This document shows positions 10,330 through 21,807 of a stretch of 64,000 nucleotides of DNA, in pieces. The notes beneath the pieces were generated by a model that saw only the letters and a program-made list of their open reading frames with translations, made no database searches and was not told the origin of the DNA. The DNA comes from an uncultured bacterium (lineage in GTDB: Bacteria > Verrucomicrobiota > Verrucomicrobiia > Limisphaerales > UBA8199). How positions within the stretch are numbered: the first letter of the stretch is position 1; each line of letters begins with the position of its first letter. The position numbers were made by a program, and so were the translations under genes. The stretch covers positions 448,001 to 512,000 of the forward strand of contig CAVVMW010000001.1 in the NCBI GenBank assembly GCA_963749495.1. Direction: 5' to 3'.

Positions 10330-10720
10330 ATCATAGGATCAACCACTATCGTATGGAGGTTATGGCTGATGGTCGTCCCCTCGCGCCGGTATATTTCTCC
10401 CATTTGCGCGGCCAACCCGCTGATCTGGCGCTCGTCGCCCGTGAGGAAACTCCAATGCCGCGGATCGTAGCGGGCAGCCAGGGCGTAAGTCTTCAGGCGT
10501 TGCGGGGTATCGTTGGCGGGATCGAAGGAAATGGAGAGCAATTGCCAGCCGAATGCGGCGTTGGTCACGTGGCGCAGTTTCTCCGCAGCCATGGCGAAGT
10601 TGCTGGTCATTCGTGGACAGAAATCCGGGTAGGGACAGCTTGTGAAGAAAAAGGTGAGCGCCACCACATGGCCTTTGAATTGGCTCAGCCGGACGGGCGC
10701 GCCCAGCTCAGTTGCTGATG
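10330..10720 (-). pseudogene. SCO1/SenC family fragment
   Basis: LTFFFTSCPYPDFCPRM, LLSISFDPANDTP, WSFLTG and HNLHTIVVDP; N- and C-termini lost; ends approximate. Confidence 0.75.
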
Positions 10721-10896
10721 CCGTGCGATTTGCACGCGCGTGCCGACCACGCTCCCAGGGCGGGTCGAGGCCGCGCTTTTCTTGTCGATGCGCCGGATTT
10801 CGGCGAGCTTTCGCCCGGCCCAAACCCACCGATAGACTGCTGTTCGAGGCCTCTTGATGAGGGGACGGCTATCGATAAGGTCTCACCAGATACGCA

Positions 10897-11934
<1,038 letters not shown>

Positions 11935-11978
11935 GCCGTGGGGGCGTAGCAGGGTTTAGGGGATGGGTCATGAAGACC

Positions 11979-13028
11979 TCAGGCCTGGGACAAGGCGGGG
12001 GAGGCGGCGGGTTCGAGGCCGGAGAGGCGCTCGTTGGCGCGGGCGATCTCGCGGGCGATGGTCTGGTTGACCTGGAGGTGGATGTTTTCGGTGGCGACAC
12101 GGATGGCGCCGGCGATGGCGCGTTCGCGGGCGGAGCCGTGGGCCTTCATGACGGCGCCGTTGAACCCGAGCAAGGGGGCGCCGCCGGAGCCTTCGGGGTC
12201 CATGCGGCGGCGCAGGGCGCGGAAGGCGTTTTTGGCCAGCAGCGCCCCCAGCTTGCGGCGGGGGTTGGCGGTCAACTCGCGTTTGAGCAGCGAGAACATG
12301 GCAAAGGCCAGGCTCTCGCAGGTCTTGAGGACGATGTTGCCGACAAAGCCGTCGCAGACGACCACATCGACGTGGTCTTTGAAGAGGTCATGGCCTTCGA
12401 CGTTGCCGATGAAATTGAGGTCGAGTTGTTTGCAGAGTCGGAAGGCCTCCAGGGTGAGTTCGTTGCCCTTGGAGTCTTCGGTCCCGACGCTGAGGATGCC
12501 GACGCGGGGATGGGGGCGATGGAGGATCTCGCGGGAGTAGATGCTCCCCATCACGGCGTAGTGGGCCAGGTGCAGGGGTTTGGACTCGATATTGGCGCCC
12601 GAATCCAGGAGCACGAATTCACCCTCGGCCCGGGGAATAATGGTCGCGATGCCGCCGCGGTCCACGCCCGGGATGCGGCCCAGCCTGAAGGTGGCGGCGG
12701 CAAAGATGCCCCCGGTGTTGCCCGGCGAAACCACGGCGTCGGCCTGCCCCCCCCGCACCAGTTCCACCGCCCGGACAATCGAGCAGTCCTTCTTCCTGCG
12801 CACGGCCAAGGCGGGCTTGTCGTCCATGGCGAGGACTTCGCTGGCATGGATGACGCGGACGCGGTGGTCGCGGAAGCCGCGCCGGGGCAGGGCGGCGTGG
12901 ATGTCCGAGCGGTTGCCCACCAGGAAGAGGGCGGTGATCCCTTTGTCGAGTTCCAGCGCCCTTCTGGCGCCTTCGATGACGACGCCGCACCCGTGGTCAC
13001 CCCCCATGACATCTACTGCTATGCGCAT
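11979..13028 (-). CDS. plsX: Phosphate acyltransferase PlsX
   Basis: MRIAVDVMGGDHG, SPGNTG, FIGNVEG, VVCDGFVGN and KAHGS. Confidence 0.97.
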   Translation of the reverse strand: MRIAVDVMGGDHGCGVVIEGARRALELDKGITALFLVGNRSDIHAALPRRGFRDHRVRVIHASEVLAMDDKPALAVRRKKDCSIVRAVELVRGGQADAVVSPGNTGGIFAAATFRLGRIPGVDRGGIATIIPRAEGEFVLLDSGANIESKPLHLAHYAVMGSIYSREILHRPHPRVGILSVGTEDSKGNELTLEAFRLCKQLDLNFIGNVEGHDLFKDHVDVVVCDGFVGNIVLKTCESLAFAMFSLLKRELTANPRRKLGALLAKNAFRALRRRMDPEGSGGAPLLGFNGAVMKAHGSARERAIAGAIRVATENIHLQVNQTIAREIARANERLSGLEPAASPALSQA

Positions 13029-13082
13029 AAGATGGCCAGGACGCCGGAGGTGGTGGTCAGCAGTCTGCTCGCCGGCAACGGC

Positions 13083-13271
13083 TCAGGCGCCAACCTTGAC
13101 AGTGATCACCTGGCGCCCTTTGTAATAGCCGCAGGCGGGACAGACACGGTGAGGCACGTAAGGCTCTCCGCATTGGGGGCAAGTGCTGAGTTGAGGCAGA
13201 GTCAGCGCGCTATTGTAGGCGCGGCGCATCCGCTGCCGGCTGTGCGATGGTTTACGCTTTGGGACACCCAT
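13083..13271 (-). CDS. rpmF: 50S ribosomal protein L32
   Basis: MGVPKRKPSHSRQRMRRA; CPQCG...PHRVCPACGYYKGR. Confidence 0.97.
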   Translation of the reverse strand: MGVPKRKPSHSRQRMRRAYNSALTLPQLSTCPQCGEPYVPHRVCPACGYYKGRQVITVKVGA

Positions 13272-13343
13272 AAGTGGTCACGATCTGTTAGTATGTCGAT
13301 GTTAAGACTGTTTGCTGCAAACACCCCGAAATTCAACGCCAAA

Positions 13344-13835
13344 TCACAACTTCAGTTTGTTCAACTCAGCCCAGGCCGAGGAGCCGCCGGGCCGGGCCGG
13401 GTCAGGGGTGCCGGCCGGGACCGGTCCGCCCTGCCAGGTTTTTGGCAAGCCGCGGCATTCCGGGTCGCACAACGGGTGTTGCGGAAACTCCAGGAGAATA
13501 TCCTCGCGAATAAAAGGCGTCAAGTCCACGGAGTCGTTGACCACCCGGACGCGGTCCTCCCCCTCCAGGGGGAGGTGGCAGGTCCAGGCCTCGAATGCCA
13601 GGGGGAGCTGGAAGGCCTTGAGGCACCGCACGCACTCGCACGCCAGGACCAGCCGGAGCCGGCCCTGGATGAGCAGCCCGCCCTCCAGCTTCTGCACCTC
13701 CAACTCGTAATCCAGCGGTCCTGCCACACGGACGACCTCGTCCAGGCTGTCAATGTCCAACTCCTTCACGGCCAACTGCCCCTCCAGCCGGACGTTCTGG
13801 AGTTCCAAATGGCGCAGATTCACTCTTAAGGACAT
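13344..13835 (-). CDS. yceD: YceD/DUF177 family protein
   Basis: CECVRCL and PLCDPECRGL; conserved position upstream of rpmF. Confidence 0.9.
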   Translation of the reverse strand: MSLRVNLRHLELQNVRLEGQLAVKELDIDSLDEVVRVAGPLDYELEVQKLEGGLLIQGRLRLVLACECVRCLKAFQLPLAFEAWTCHLPLEGEDRVRVVNDSVDLTPFIREDILLEFPQHPLCDPECRGLPKTWQGGPVPAGTPDPARPGGSSAWAELNKLKL

Positions 13836-13845
13836 AAGCCTCTTT

Positions 13846-14335
13846 CTACGAGGGCCTCTGGACCAGCTTGCGCCTCAGGGCGGCGCCCACGTGCGCCGGC
13901 ACAAACGAGGCCACATTCCCCCCCAGCGCGGCAATTTCTTTGACCAGCCGCGAGGCTCAGGAAGGTGTAGGTGTCCTTTGGCATCATGAAAATGGTCTCG
14001 ATGCGCTCGTTTAATTTACGATTCATCAGGGCTAACTGAAATTCAAACTCAAAATCCGAGACCGCCCGCAGGCCCCGGATGACGGCCTGGGCCGAGCGGC
14101 GTTCGACGTAACTGACCAGCAGGCCGTCAAAACAATCGGCTTGGACGCGCGGCAGCCCCCGGATGGCCCTCTGGACCATCTGGGTCCGCTCTTGGAGCGT
14201 GAACAAGGGGTGCTTGCTCTCGTTCCTGGCCACGGCCACGATGACGCGGTCAAACAACTTTGTCGCCCGCCGCACGATGTCCAGGTGCCCGTTGGTTATG
14301 GGGTCGAAACTCCCGGGATAGATCGCCGTTCGCAT
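13846..14335 (-). CDS. coaD: Phosphopantetheine adenylyltransferase (apparent 1-bp insertion near 13955)
   Basis: AIYPGSFDPITNGHLDI and IRGLRAVSDFEFE; removing one C after FLS restores SRLVKEIAALGG to TAG at 13846. Confidence 0.92.
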
Positions 14336-14360
14336 CGGAGAGAGTCTAACAAGACAAACA

Positions 14361-14396
14361 AAAAAACCAGGGCAACACAAGGCTGCCCCGGTTTTT
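14361..14396 (-). terminator. Intrinsic terminator downstream of the 14434-15315 gene
   Basis: AAAAACCAGGGCA...TGCCCCGGTTTTT hairpin with A/T tracts on both sides. Confidence 0.6.
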
Positions 14397-14433
14397 GGGA
14401 AATGGCCGGCTCTATCTCAGCCTTGAGCGCGGT

Positions 14434-15315
14434 TTATGGGGTCCCGGCCGTCGGGGTTTGCTGCGTATGATCGGGGACACTCCCGGCCGGGGCTCCGACA
14501 ATTGGCTGGGCGCCGGTGATTTGGGTCTGGTTGACGAAAGTGGTGGTCTGGCCAACCAGCCCGGGAGGAAAAGCCCCGGTGATGGTCGGCGCGCCGCTGT
14601 TCCACGATTGCATCGGCGCCACGACCTGGGTGACCACCGTGCCGTTTGCATCGGTGTAGCTGATCACGCCCGAGCCGGAGTACATCGAGAAGGAGATGCC
14701 CAGCGGAACCGCGCCAGGCTGCTCGCCGGGTTTCAACTCTCTGATTTCCTCGACTGTCATGTCGAAGACCCCTGAGCCCCGGATGGCAGCGACGCCCTTA
14801 GGGTATCGGATGCGGAACTCGGAGCCGGCGCTCAGTTTTTTGACGTTGCCCATGATGTGGCCCTTGCGCAGGTCCAGCTCGGTCTCGGACACTGTGCCCG
14901 CGCCGGTCTCGTTGGCCACCAGCTTGTCAATGCCCAGGACCGTGTTGGCGTAGAGGCGAAGGACGCTCTGAGCGCTCCTGGCGGCGTACCGGGCATTGGG
15001 GTTGAATCTGCGGTAGTCGACCGCTCCCAGCGCGGGGAGGGGAGCGTTTGCGCCGCCGATCACGATATCCACATAGGAGGACGGGGCAATGCCGCTCTGG
15101 ATGACACTGCCGGCCTTGAGGATGGCGCCCTTGGTGAGTTCTTGCATCGTGCCGCCGGGCGGCGCGTAGCGGGCCGCGCCAACGATGCGCACGACCTTGA
15201 CCACTTCCTCCTTGTTTTGGGCCGAAAGCGAGGACGCCGTCGCGAACGCCACACCACACACCAGCAAGCCGTTTATAAAGCTTCGAGTCATTTTCATACT
15301 TGTGCTCCTGCTCAA
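14434..15315 (-). CDS. Exported FecR-like beta-domain protein
   Basis: Signal peptide; ETELDLRKGHIMGNVKKL and PKGVAAIRGS resemble the FecR domain. Confidence 0.65.
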   Translation of the reverse strand: MSRSTSMKMTRSFINGLLVCGVAFATASSLSAQNKEEVVKVVRIVGAARYAPPGGTMQELTKGAILKAGSVIQSGIAPSSYVDIVIGGANAPLPALGAVDYRRFNPNARYAARSAQSVLRLYANTVLGIDKLVANETGAGTVSETELDLRKGHIMGNVKKLSAGSEFRIRYPKGVAAIRGSGVFDMTVEEIRELKPGEQPGAVPLGISFSMYSGSGVISYTDANGTVVTQVVAPMQSWNSGAPTITGAFPPGLVGQTTTFVNQTQITGAQPIVGAPAGSVPDHTQQTPTAGTP

Positions 15316-15400
15316 TGGGCTGCAATTAACTGGCGCTATTTTAGGAGTCGAGCGCAGGAAGTCAAATGATTTTTTGACGTTTTTTTGGCCCCCGGGGCCT

Positions 15401-15562
15401 TGGCTCTCGGCTCTCGGCTATCGGCCCCCGTGCGCGCGCGCGGGAGAGGGGCCCTCGGCTCTCGGCTCTCGGCTATCGGTCCCCTGTGCGCGCGTGCGCG
15501 GGAGAGGGCAGCCAATAGCCGAAAGCCAATAGCCAATAGCCGAAAGCCAATAGCCCATAGCC
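15401..15562. repeat. Heptamer tandem tracts in inverted arrangement
   Basis: GGCTCTC/GGCTATC runs facing GCCAATA/GCCGAAA runs between divergent genes. Confidence 0.8.
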
Positions 15563-15615
15563 CACACCTGACTGTCGCAAGGAGCATTTTGTCCGTGCCT
15601 CCGTCTAACCGGGAT

Positions 15616-18022
15616 ATGAAACAGTGGAATTGGCTCTCGGTCTGGATATGGCTCACGGTTTGGGGTTCAGCGGCGCCGGCCTTTGGGGCCGGGATGATTC
15701 TGGTGGACGACGGCCGGGTGTGGCCGGGGCCGACCCCGCCGCGCCCGGCGCCGCCGCCCTGGCCGCCCCGCCCCATCCTGCCGCCGCGGGCGCACCCTTT
15801 TGCGCCGCTGGAGGTCAGTTACGTCAAGGTCCAAACCCGCATCCACGACCAGGTGGCGGTCACGTCGGTGGACCAGGAGTTCTGCAATCCCAACCCAGTG
15901 CGGCTCGAAGGGACCTTCGTCTTCCCGGTCCCCAAGGGGGCGCACCTGGACAAGTTCGCCATGGAGATCGACGGGCGGCAGGTCCAGGCGGAGTTGATCC
16001 CGGCCGAGAAGGCGCGGCGCATTTATGAGGACATCGTCCGGAAGCTGCGCGACCCGGCCCTGCTCGAATACGCGGGGCGAGACGTGTTCCAGGTGCGCAT
16101 CTTCCCCATCGAACCCAATGGCACCAAGCGCGTCACCTTCCGTTATGCCGAACTGCTCAAGGCGGAGAGCGGCCTGGTCAGCTACCTGCTGCCTCTGGCC
16201 ACGGAGAAATTCTCGGCCGCCCCCATCAAGAACGTCAGCGTCAAAGTGGACCTGGAGACCGGGCGTCCGCTCAAGTCCATCTATTGCCCGACCCACGCGG
16301 TCGAGATCAAGCGGCATGACTCGGCACGCGCCACGGTCGGCTACGAGGCGGCCCAAGTGCGGCCGGACGCGGATTTTGCCCTCTACTTCGCGCCGGAGAA
16401 GGACCTGCTGGGGGTGAACCTGCTGGCCTCCAGAACGCAGGGTCAGGACGGCTATTTCCTGCTGCTGGCCTCGCCCGGGCTCGACGTGCAGGAAAAACAG
16501 GTGGTGCTCAAGGACGTGGCCTTTGTCCTGGATACCTCCGGCTCCATGGCCGGCAAGAAACTCCAGCAGGCCAAAAAGGCCCTCGAATTCTGCGTGGAAA
16601 ACCTCAACCCCGGCAACCGCTTCGAGTTGATTCGCTTCTCCACCGAGGTCGAGCCGCTCTTCGGCAAACTGGTCGAGGCCTCCAGGCAAAATGTGGCGCG
16701 GTCCGAGGATTTCATCAAGGGGCTCCAGGCGCAGGGCGGCACGGACATTGACGACGCGCTCAGGAAGGCGCTCGAGTTGAGGAACCAGAGAAAACCCGAG
16801 GCCGAGCCGGGCGATGCCGGCCAATCGGCGCAGCCCAGGGGCGGCGCCGAGCGGCCCTTTGTCGTCATTTTCCTGACCGACGGCCAGCCGACCGTCGGCA
16901 CGACCGAGGAAGGGGAGATCCTGGCGGACGTCCAGCGTGCCAACGCCGGGCGCACGCGCATCTTCTGCTTCGGCATCGGCACGGATGTGAACACCCATCT
17001 GCTGGACCGGATCACCGAGGAGACGCGCGCCTCCAGCCAATACGTCCTGCCCGAGGAAGACCTTGAGGTGAAGCTCTCCAATTTCTACTCGAAGATCAAA
17101 GAGCCTGTCCTGGCCAATCCCAGTCTCAAGTTCACTGCGCAGGTGCATGTCAGGCAGTTGTACCCCTCGCCGTTGCCGGACCTCTTCAAAGGCGAACAAC
17201 TGGTCCTGGTGGGCCGCTACTCCGGCCAGGGCCCTTCGGCGCTCATCCTCGATGGCACGGTCAACGGGGCCTCGCATCATTTCACCTACGAGGTCAAATT
17301 CCCCGAGGAATCCTCCGAAAACGAGTTCATCCCCCGGCTCTGGGCGACGCGGCGCGTGGGCTATCTGCTGGACCAAATCCGGTTGCACGGCGAGAACGCC
17401 GAACTGCGGGATGAAGCCACCGACCTGGCGCGGCAGTACGGCATCGTGACCCCTTACACGGCCTACCTCATCATGGAGGATGAGACCCGGCGCGAGGTGC
17501 CGGCCCAGGTGCGCTCCTTCTACAGCTTCGAGACAGACCGCGGCGCGCGGCAGGAGGCGGCCCAGTCCTGGCAGGACTTCACCCGGCAAAAGGCCGGCGA
17601 ATCCGCCGTGGCCGCCGCGCGTTACGGCTCCGCCCTGAGGATGGCGGACGCGCCGGCCGTGGCGAGTTCGATGGCCGGGCAGGCCTTCGCGCGACGCTAC
17701 GGCATGGCCATGGGCGGCGTTGGCGGCGCGGGCCCCTCCGCGCCTGCCCCTGCCTCGGATTCCGACAAGGACCGCCTGGTCCAATACTCCCAGCAAACCC
17801 GGTTCGTCGCCGGCAAGAGCTTCTTCTGGAACGGCAAACAATGGATCAATGCCGCCGTCCAGAAGGCCCCGGATGCCAAACACCTCCGCCTCCAGTTCGG
17901 CTCGCCCGAGTACCTTCGATTTCTCCTCGAAGAACCCCAGGTCCCTCCCCTGGCTGGCCCTGGGCCAGAGCCTGACGTTTGTCCTGGATGGGACGGTCTA
18001 TGAAGTCCTGGCAGAAAAATGA
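15616..18022 (+). CDS. VIT + von Willebrand factor A domain exported protein (apparent frameshift near 17935)
   Basis: Signal peptide at 15616; VIT motifs LEGTFVFPVP and DPALLEY; MIDAS DTSGSM, GGTDI and FLTDG; GIVTPYTAY; C-terminus continues in another frame to 18022. Confidence 0.88.
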
Positions 18023-18161
18023 GCTGGCAGAAAGATAGGAAAGAAACTCATTTCTGGGTCTCATTTTTCTGCCTTGTCTTTCGGGGTCCTCGGGCGGTCG
18101 GTTTCGGTCGGGTTGAGGCAGAAAGATGGGGGCAGAAAGATAAGAAAGACATTTTTCTGCC
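18009..18161. repeat. GGCAGAAA(A/G)AT / ATTTTTCTGCC inverted repeat cluster
   Basis: Several direct and inverted copies; same family at 20849-20913. Confidence 0.7.
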
Positions 18162-18221
18162 AATTCGGACGCGGCTTGCCGGGGAGGTGGCGCGGTGGTA
18201 TGTTGCCGCTTCAAATTACCT

Positions 18222-18510
18222 ATGAAAACCGCAAGCGCATTGCGTGCAACTATTCTGGTGTTCGGTCTCTCGGCGTTCGGGGCGGCGGGGGCCTCCCCAC
18301 CGCTCTCAGGACAAGAGGCCCTCGATGTGATGAAGGGCTTGGCCGGGGAGTGGCACGGCACCGCCCATGAACAAGGCAAGGCGCCGGAGGTCACGGTCAC
18401 CTACCACGTCACCTCGGCCGGCAGCGCCGTGCTCGAAGACCCTCTTCCCCGGGACCGACCACGAAATGGTCACCATGTACCATCTGGATGGGGACAAACT
18501 GGTCCTCACA
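18222..18510 (+). pseudogene. Exported hypothetical protein, frameshifted near 18440 and apparently truncated at a repeat tract
   Basis: Signal peptide, LAGEWHG, then TLFPGTDHEMVTMYHLDGDKLVLT running into (CATTCGT)n. Confidence 0.6.
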
Positions 18511-18550
18511 TTCGTCATTCGTCATTCGTCATTCGTCATTCGTCATTCGC
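18509..18550. repeat. (CATTCGT)5 + CATTCGC tandem repeat
   Basis: Five perfect heptamers; same unit at 42286-42310. Confidence 0.9.
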
Positions 18551-19747
18551 CTTCGCCGTCGCCGTCGCCGGCACGAGCGCCAGCGCGGCAAAGGCCGTCG
18601 CCATGTCGGACATGATCATGCGGTTCCAGGGGCCGCCGCGGTTGCCGCCGTGCTCGCGGTCCTGGTTGAGCGAATGGGCGCGCCAGCATTTCCAGCGTTG
18701 TTGCTCGATTTGGACCTCCTCCTGGTTTGAGGCCAGCCAGTCTCTGGCCTTGCGGAGGGCGGGCCCGGAAGCGGGCAACCCGGCCTGGCGGAGCGCAAAC
18801 GCGACCAGGCCCGTGGCATAGCCGTCTGATTTGGCCAGCAGCGACAGGTTGGGGCTGCCGCCCGGTGCGAACGGCGGGTCGGTCCTGGACCACCGCCAGG
18901 GCCCCAGCTTGTAAAGCGACCAGCCGCCGTCGCTGTTCTGGCTGCCCTGAAGTTCCGCCATAAGGCGCCCGCGCTGCTCAGGATTGAGCAAGCCCTCCAG
19001 CCGGGTGGAAGCCAGCAACATCCAGGCACGGTTATAGAGGTTCTGGCCGGCATAGTTGCCGTTCAGATAGAGGCGCAATTTGCCGAGGTGGCTCGAGGCG
19101 GAGCCGGCACTTTCGGCTTGCAGGCCCTGGGCCAGGCCGGGCGCCGTCCCCAAGGCGATCGCCGCCATCGCGGCCCCGTAGTAGCGGGAGTCGCGCGATT
19201 CGTCGGGCTCGGAGCCCAGGTCCAGCCAGTCCCAGGCGCCGTCGGGACACTGCGTCTCCCACAAGTGCCGGAGCGCCTTTTGGACGGGTTGGCTCGGTTC
19301 CTTGCGGCCCTGGGAGGCGTCGGCCCAGGCGAGGACCAGGGCGTCGAGGACCAACTCGGTCCCGCGGGACTGCTTCTCCTGGCGGGCATAGAGCGGTTCG
19401 TTGTTGTCCCAGGTGTCCACTCGTTGGGCGATCTCGGCCAGGAGTCTTGTCTCCTGGGGAGCCAGGTCGTTCACCTTCGTGGCCTTGCGCAGCGCCGGCC
19501 GGGCCAGCAAGTACGGGACCACAGAGTGACAGGAAATGCACGAGGTCCGGCCCTCGCCGGTCCGGAGTTTTGCCGCTTTGGCGAACCACAGGTCCATCCG
19601 GCCATCCATGTACCGGGCGGCCTGTTTCGGGTCCCACGCCGGCTGGCCCGGCGAGGTCTGCGAGGGTTTGAGTTCCTGCCCGATGGCCCCCAGTGCCATC
19701 AGCGCCGCCAGCGCGCTGGCCCGGCCCATGATAGCGGTAAGCTTCAC
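18536..19747 (-). CDS. Prenyltransferase/squalene-hopene cyclase-like alpha-barrel protein, exported
   Basis: Signal peptide, CISCH, QW-like repeats QCPDGAW and QNSDGGWS, SDGYATGL. Confidence 0.75.
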   Translation of the reverse strand: MKLTAIMGRASALAALMALGAIGQELKPSQTSPGQPAWDPKQAARYMDGRMDLWFAKAAKLRTGEGRTSCISCHSVVPYLLARPALRKATKVNDLAPQETRLLAEIAQRVDTWDNNEPLYARQEKQSRGTELVLDALVLAWADASQGRKEPSQPVQKALRHLWETQCPDGAWDWLDLGSEPDESRDSRYYGAAMAAIALGTAPGLAQGLQAESAGSASSHLGKLRLYLNGNYAGQNLYNRAWMLLASTRLEGLLNPEQRGRLMAELQGSQNSDGGWSLYKLGPWRWSRTDPPFAPGGSPNLSLLAKSDGYATGLVAFALRQAGLPASGPALRKARDWLASNQEEVQIEQQRWKCWRAHSLNQDREHGGNRGGPWNRMIMSDMATAFAALALVPATATAKANDE

Positions 19748-19825
19748 AGTGAGCAGTCAGAGGCCTTTGGCCCGCGCTGTCAAGAAGACAGTGCCGAGCC
19801 AAATCCTCGGCTAAGGGCGCGGAGC

Positions 19826-19905
19826 GTTTTGGACTGCGGCAGTCCTCTGCCGCTTTTTGGCCCCAGTGGACATGAAAGCGCCAGAGGACTGGCGCAGTCC
19901 AAAAC
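19826..19905. repeat. Palindromic element family A, copy 1
   Basis: GTTTTGGACTGCGGCAGTCCTCTGCCGCTTT...AAAGCGCCAGAGGACTGGCGCAGTCCAAAAC. Confidence 0.92.
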
Positions 19906-20003
19906 CTTGCGGGCTGGGGGTGGGTTGGTGGAGACGGGGAAGTGGCGGCCGATCACAGCGGTTGCCAAGAACTGATTTGCGCCTCCCTCCCGCCCCGGGC
20001 CGT

Positions 20004-20759
20004 TCACGGCTTCACGCCGATGCGCCCGCTATAATCCAAACGGTTGAGCAGCAACCGGGCTCCGTGCTCGGAGAGGTACTCGTCCACTGCCAGGCGCTGC
20101 CCTTCCCAATGGCCGTAATCATCGAGCAAGAGCACCCCGCCTGAAACCAGCCTTGGAAACAGGTGAACCATTTCGTGCCGGGACGACTCATAGAAATCGG
20201 TGTCCAGGCGCAACAGGGCGATAGCCTCCGGGGCGTGCGCCGGGAGGGTCTCCTCCACGCGTCCCTTCACAAAGTGAATCTTCTCCGGCGGATAGGCCAC
20301 GCTTACCAAGTTGCGCCGCGTCTCCTCCAGGGACGAGAAGCACCATTTGCAGGTGCCGTCCGCGTTCCGGTTCCGGGCGAAATAGGCCTGCGGCGGCTCG
20401 GCATCGAAACAGGAGCCGTCTTTGGCGGAGGGGGCACTCATGCCCCCGTAAGTATCGAACAGGTAGAGGTCGCGCTGGCGGCTATCGAGCGCCAGCAAGG
20501 TCTTGGCGACGGCCATCATGCTGCCCCCTTTCCAAACGCCGCATTCCACCATGGCCCCCGGAATCCCGTGGGCGGCCAGGTAGCGGACCGCGGTCACCAA
20601 CCCGTAGATCCGTTCCGGAGAGGTCATCGTGAACGGCAAGACCTCACGCACGATCCGCAGATCCTCTGCGCTGGCTTCAGGCAGCCGGGCCAGCGACGGC
20701 GCGTAGCGCCGCCACAGGCGGCCGGCGGCCATGACAAGCTCTTTCCTGATTCGGCCCAT
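20004..20759 (-). CDS. TylF/MycF/NovP-family O-methyltransferase
   Basis: FTMTSPER, VECGVWKGGS, YLFDTY, LLRLDTDFYES and DDYGHW. Confidence 0.92.
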   Translation of the reverse strand: MGRIRKELVMAAGRLWRRYAPSLARLPEASAEDLRIVREVLPFTMTSPERIYGLVTAVRYLAAHGIPGAMVECGVWKGGSMMAVAKTLLALDSRQRDLYLFDTYGGMSAPSAKDGSCFDAEPPQAYFARNRNADGTCKWCFSSLEETRRNLVSVAYPPEKIHFVKGRVEETLPAHAPEAIALLRLDTDFYESSRHEMVHLFPRLVSGGVLLLDDYGHWEGQRLAVDEYLSEHGARLLLNRLDYSGRIGVKP

Positions 20760-20848
20760 AATGGGTTCCGCTGTGGAAACCGGCCCGAGCATACCAGATC
20801 GGCCCGCCCTCGAAAGCATAAAACCCCGAGGGCAGCCGCGCCTAATCC

Positions 20849-20913
20849 GGCAGAAAAATGAGATGGCAGAAAAATGGAAAAGAGCCGTTTTTCTGCCATC
20901 TCATTTTTCTGCC
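20849..20913. repeat. 26-bp inverted repeat between divergent methyltransferase genes
   Basis: GGCAGAAAAATGAGATGGCAGAAAAA ... TTTTTCTGCCATCTCATTTTTCTGCC. Confidence 0.85.
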
Positions 20914-21020
20914 AGACCATCAAGGCATTCATGCCCGCGCCAGAGCTTACCCCGGCACGCCGCTCTGGCCAATGGCAAGGAATTGACGCTCCCGGCGTCC
21001 GGCTGTTACGCTGTGCCGCC

Positions 21021-21792
21021 ATGAGCGAATATGAAGAGAAACTCCGCCGGGAGCAGGAATGGCATGAGCATCGAGGGTTCAGACCGGCTCACATTCTGAA
21101 TTGCTGGCCGTTCAACTCTCCGAAGCGCGCGGCGATGAGTTCGCGCTTTGTCCGGATGCAGTTCGCCGGGCAGATTCGAGAGGTGACGGAGCGGAGCGGC
21201 CTCAAAAGAGCCCAGGGCACTTATCGCGCCCCTGGGTGTCGGCACCGACCTGCCTTACCTGCGGCCCTTCTTGAAGCACCTCGCCGGAATCGACATCGCT
21301 CCAAAGGCGCTGGAGGCCGTCACCGACCGCTCGATCGAAAAACACCTCGGCGATATGCGGCACATGGACATGTTCGAAGAGGGCCGGTTCGATTTAGTGG
21401 TCATCTCGGCCTTTTTCCACCACTTCCTCAAATTCGGTTTCACGGAATTCCTGCTGGAATCGCGGCGGGTGCTGCGGCCGGGCGGGCACCTGTTCGCCCT
21501 GGAGCCGAGCATCCTGCACCCCTTCGCCCTGGCCGCCTGGTGCGGCAAGAAGGTCTTCGGGAACATCACCGGCTGCGTCGAGGACGAGTCACGCTTCCAT
21601 CCCGGCCGGTTGACGGCGGCCATGAGGCAGTGTGGATTCCGGGACGTGACATTCTGGGCGGCGACCTATTCCCACCACCGGGCGCCGCTCCCATTGGGGC
21701 GCCTCCTGCAGGCGCTGACGCCTCCGTTGCGCCACGCTCCGCTGCTCAAGTATCTGGCCGGCGACGTCGTGTTTTACGGCCGCAAACCGTGA
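21021..21792 (+). CDS. Class I SAM-dependent methyltransferase (apparent frameshift near 21215-21240)
   Basis: ATG 21021; second frame has GIDIA, GDMRHM, FDLVVISAFFHH and RVLRPGG.LFALEP. Confidence 0.75.
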
Positions 21793-21807
21793 GCTTGAAG
21801 CTGCTCA

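Noticed and set aside
15385..15615. N-terminal extensions in the ORF track (VWA 15385, amrS 43767, MTase 30462, 63034)
   Set aside because: They translate intergenic repeats, and better downstream ATGs exist; unlike MFP/TolC there is no coupled upstream start.
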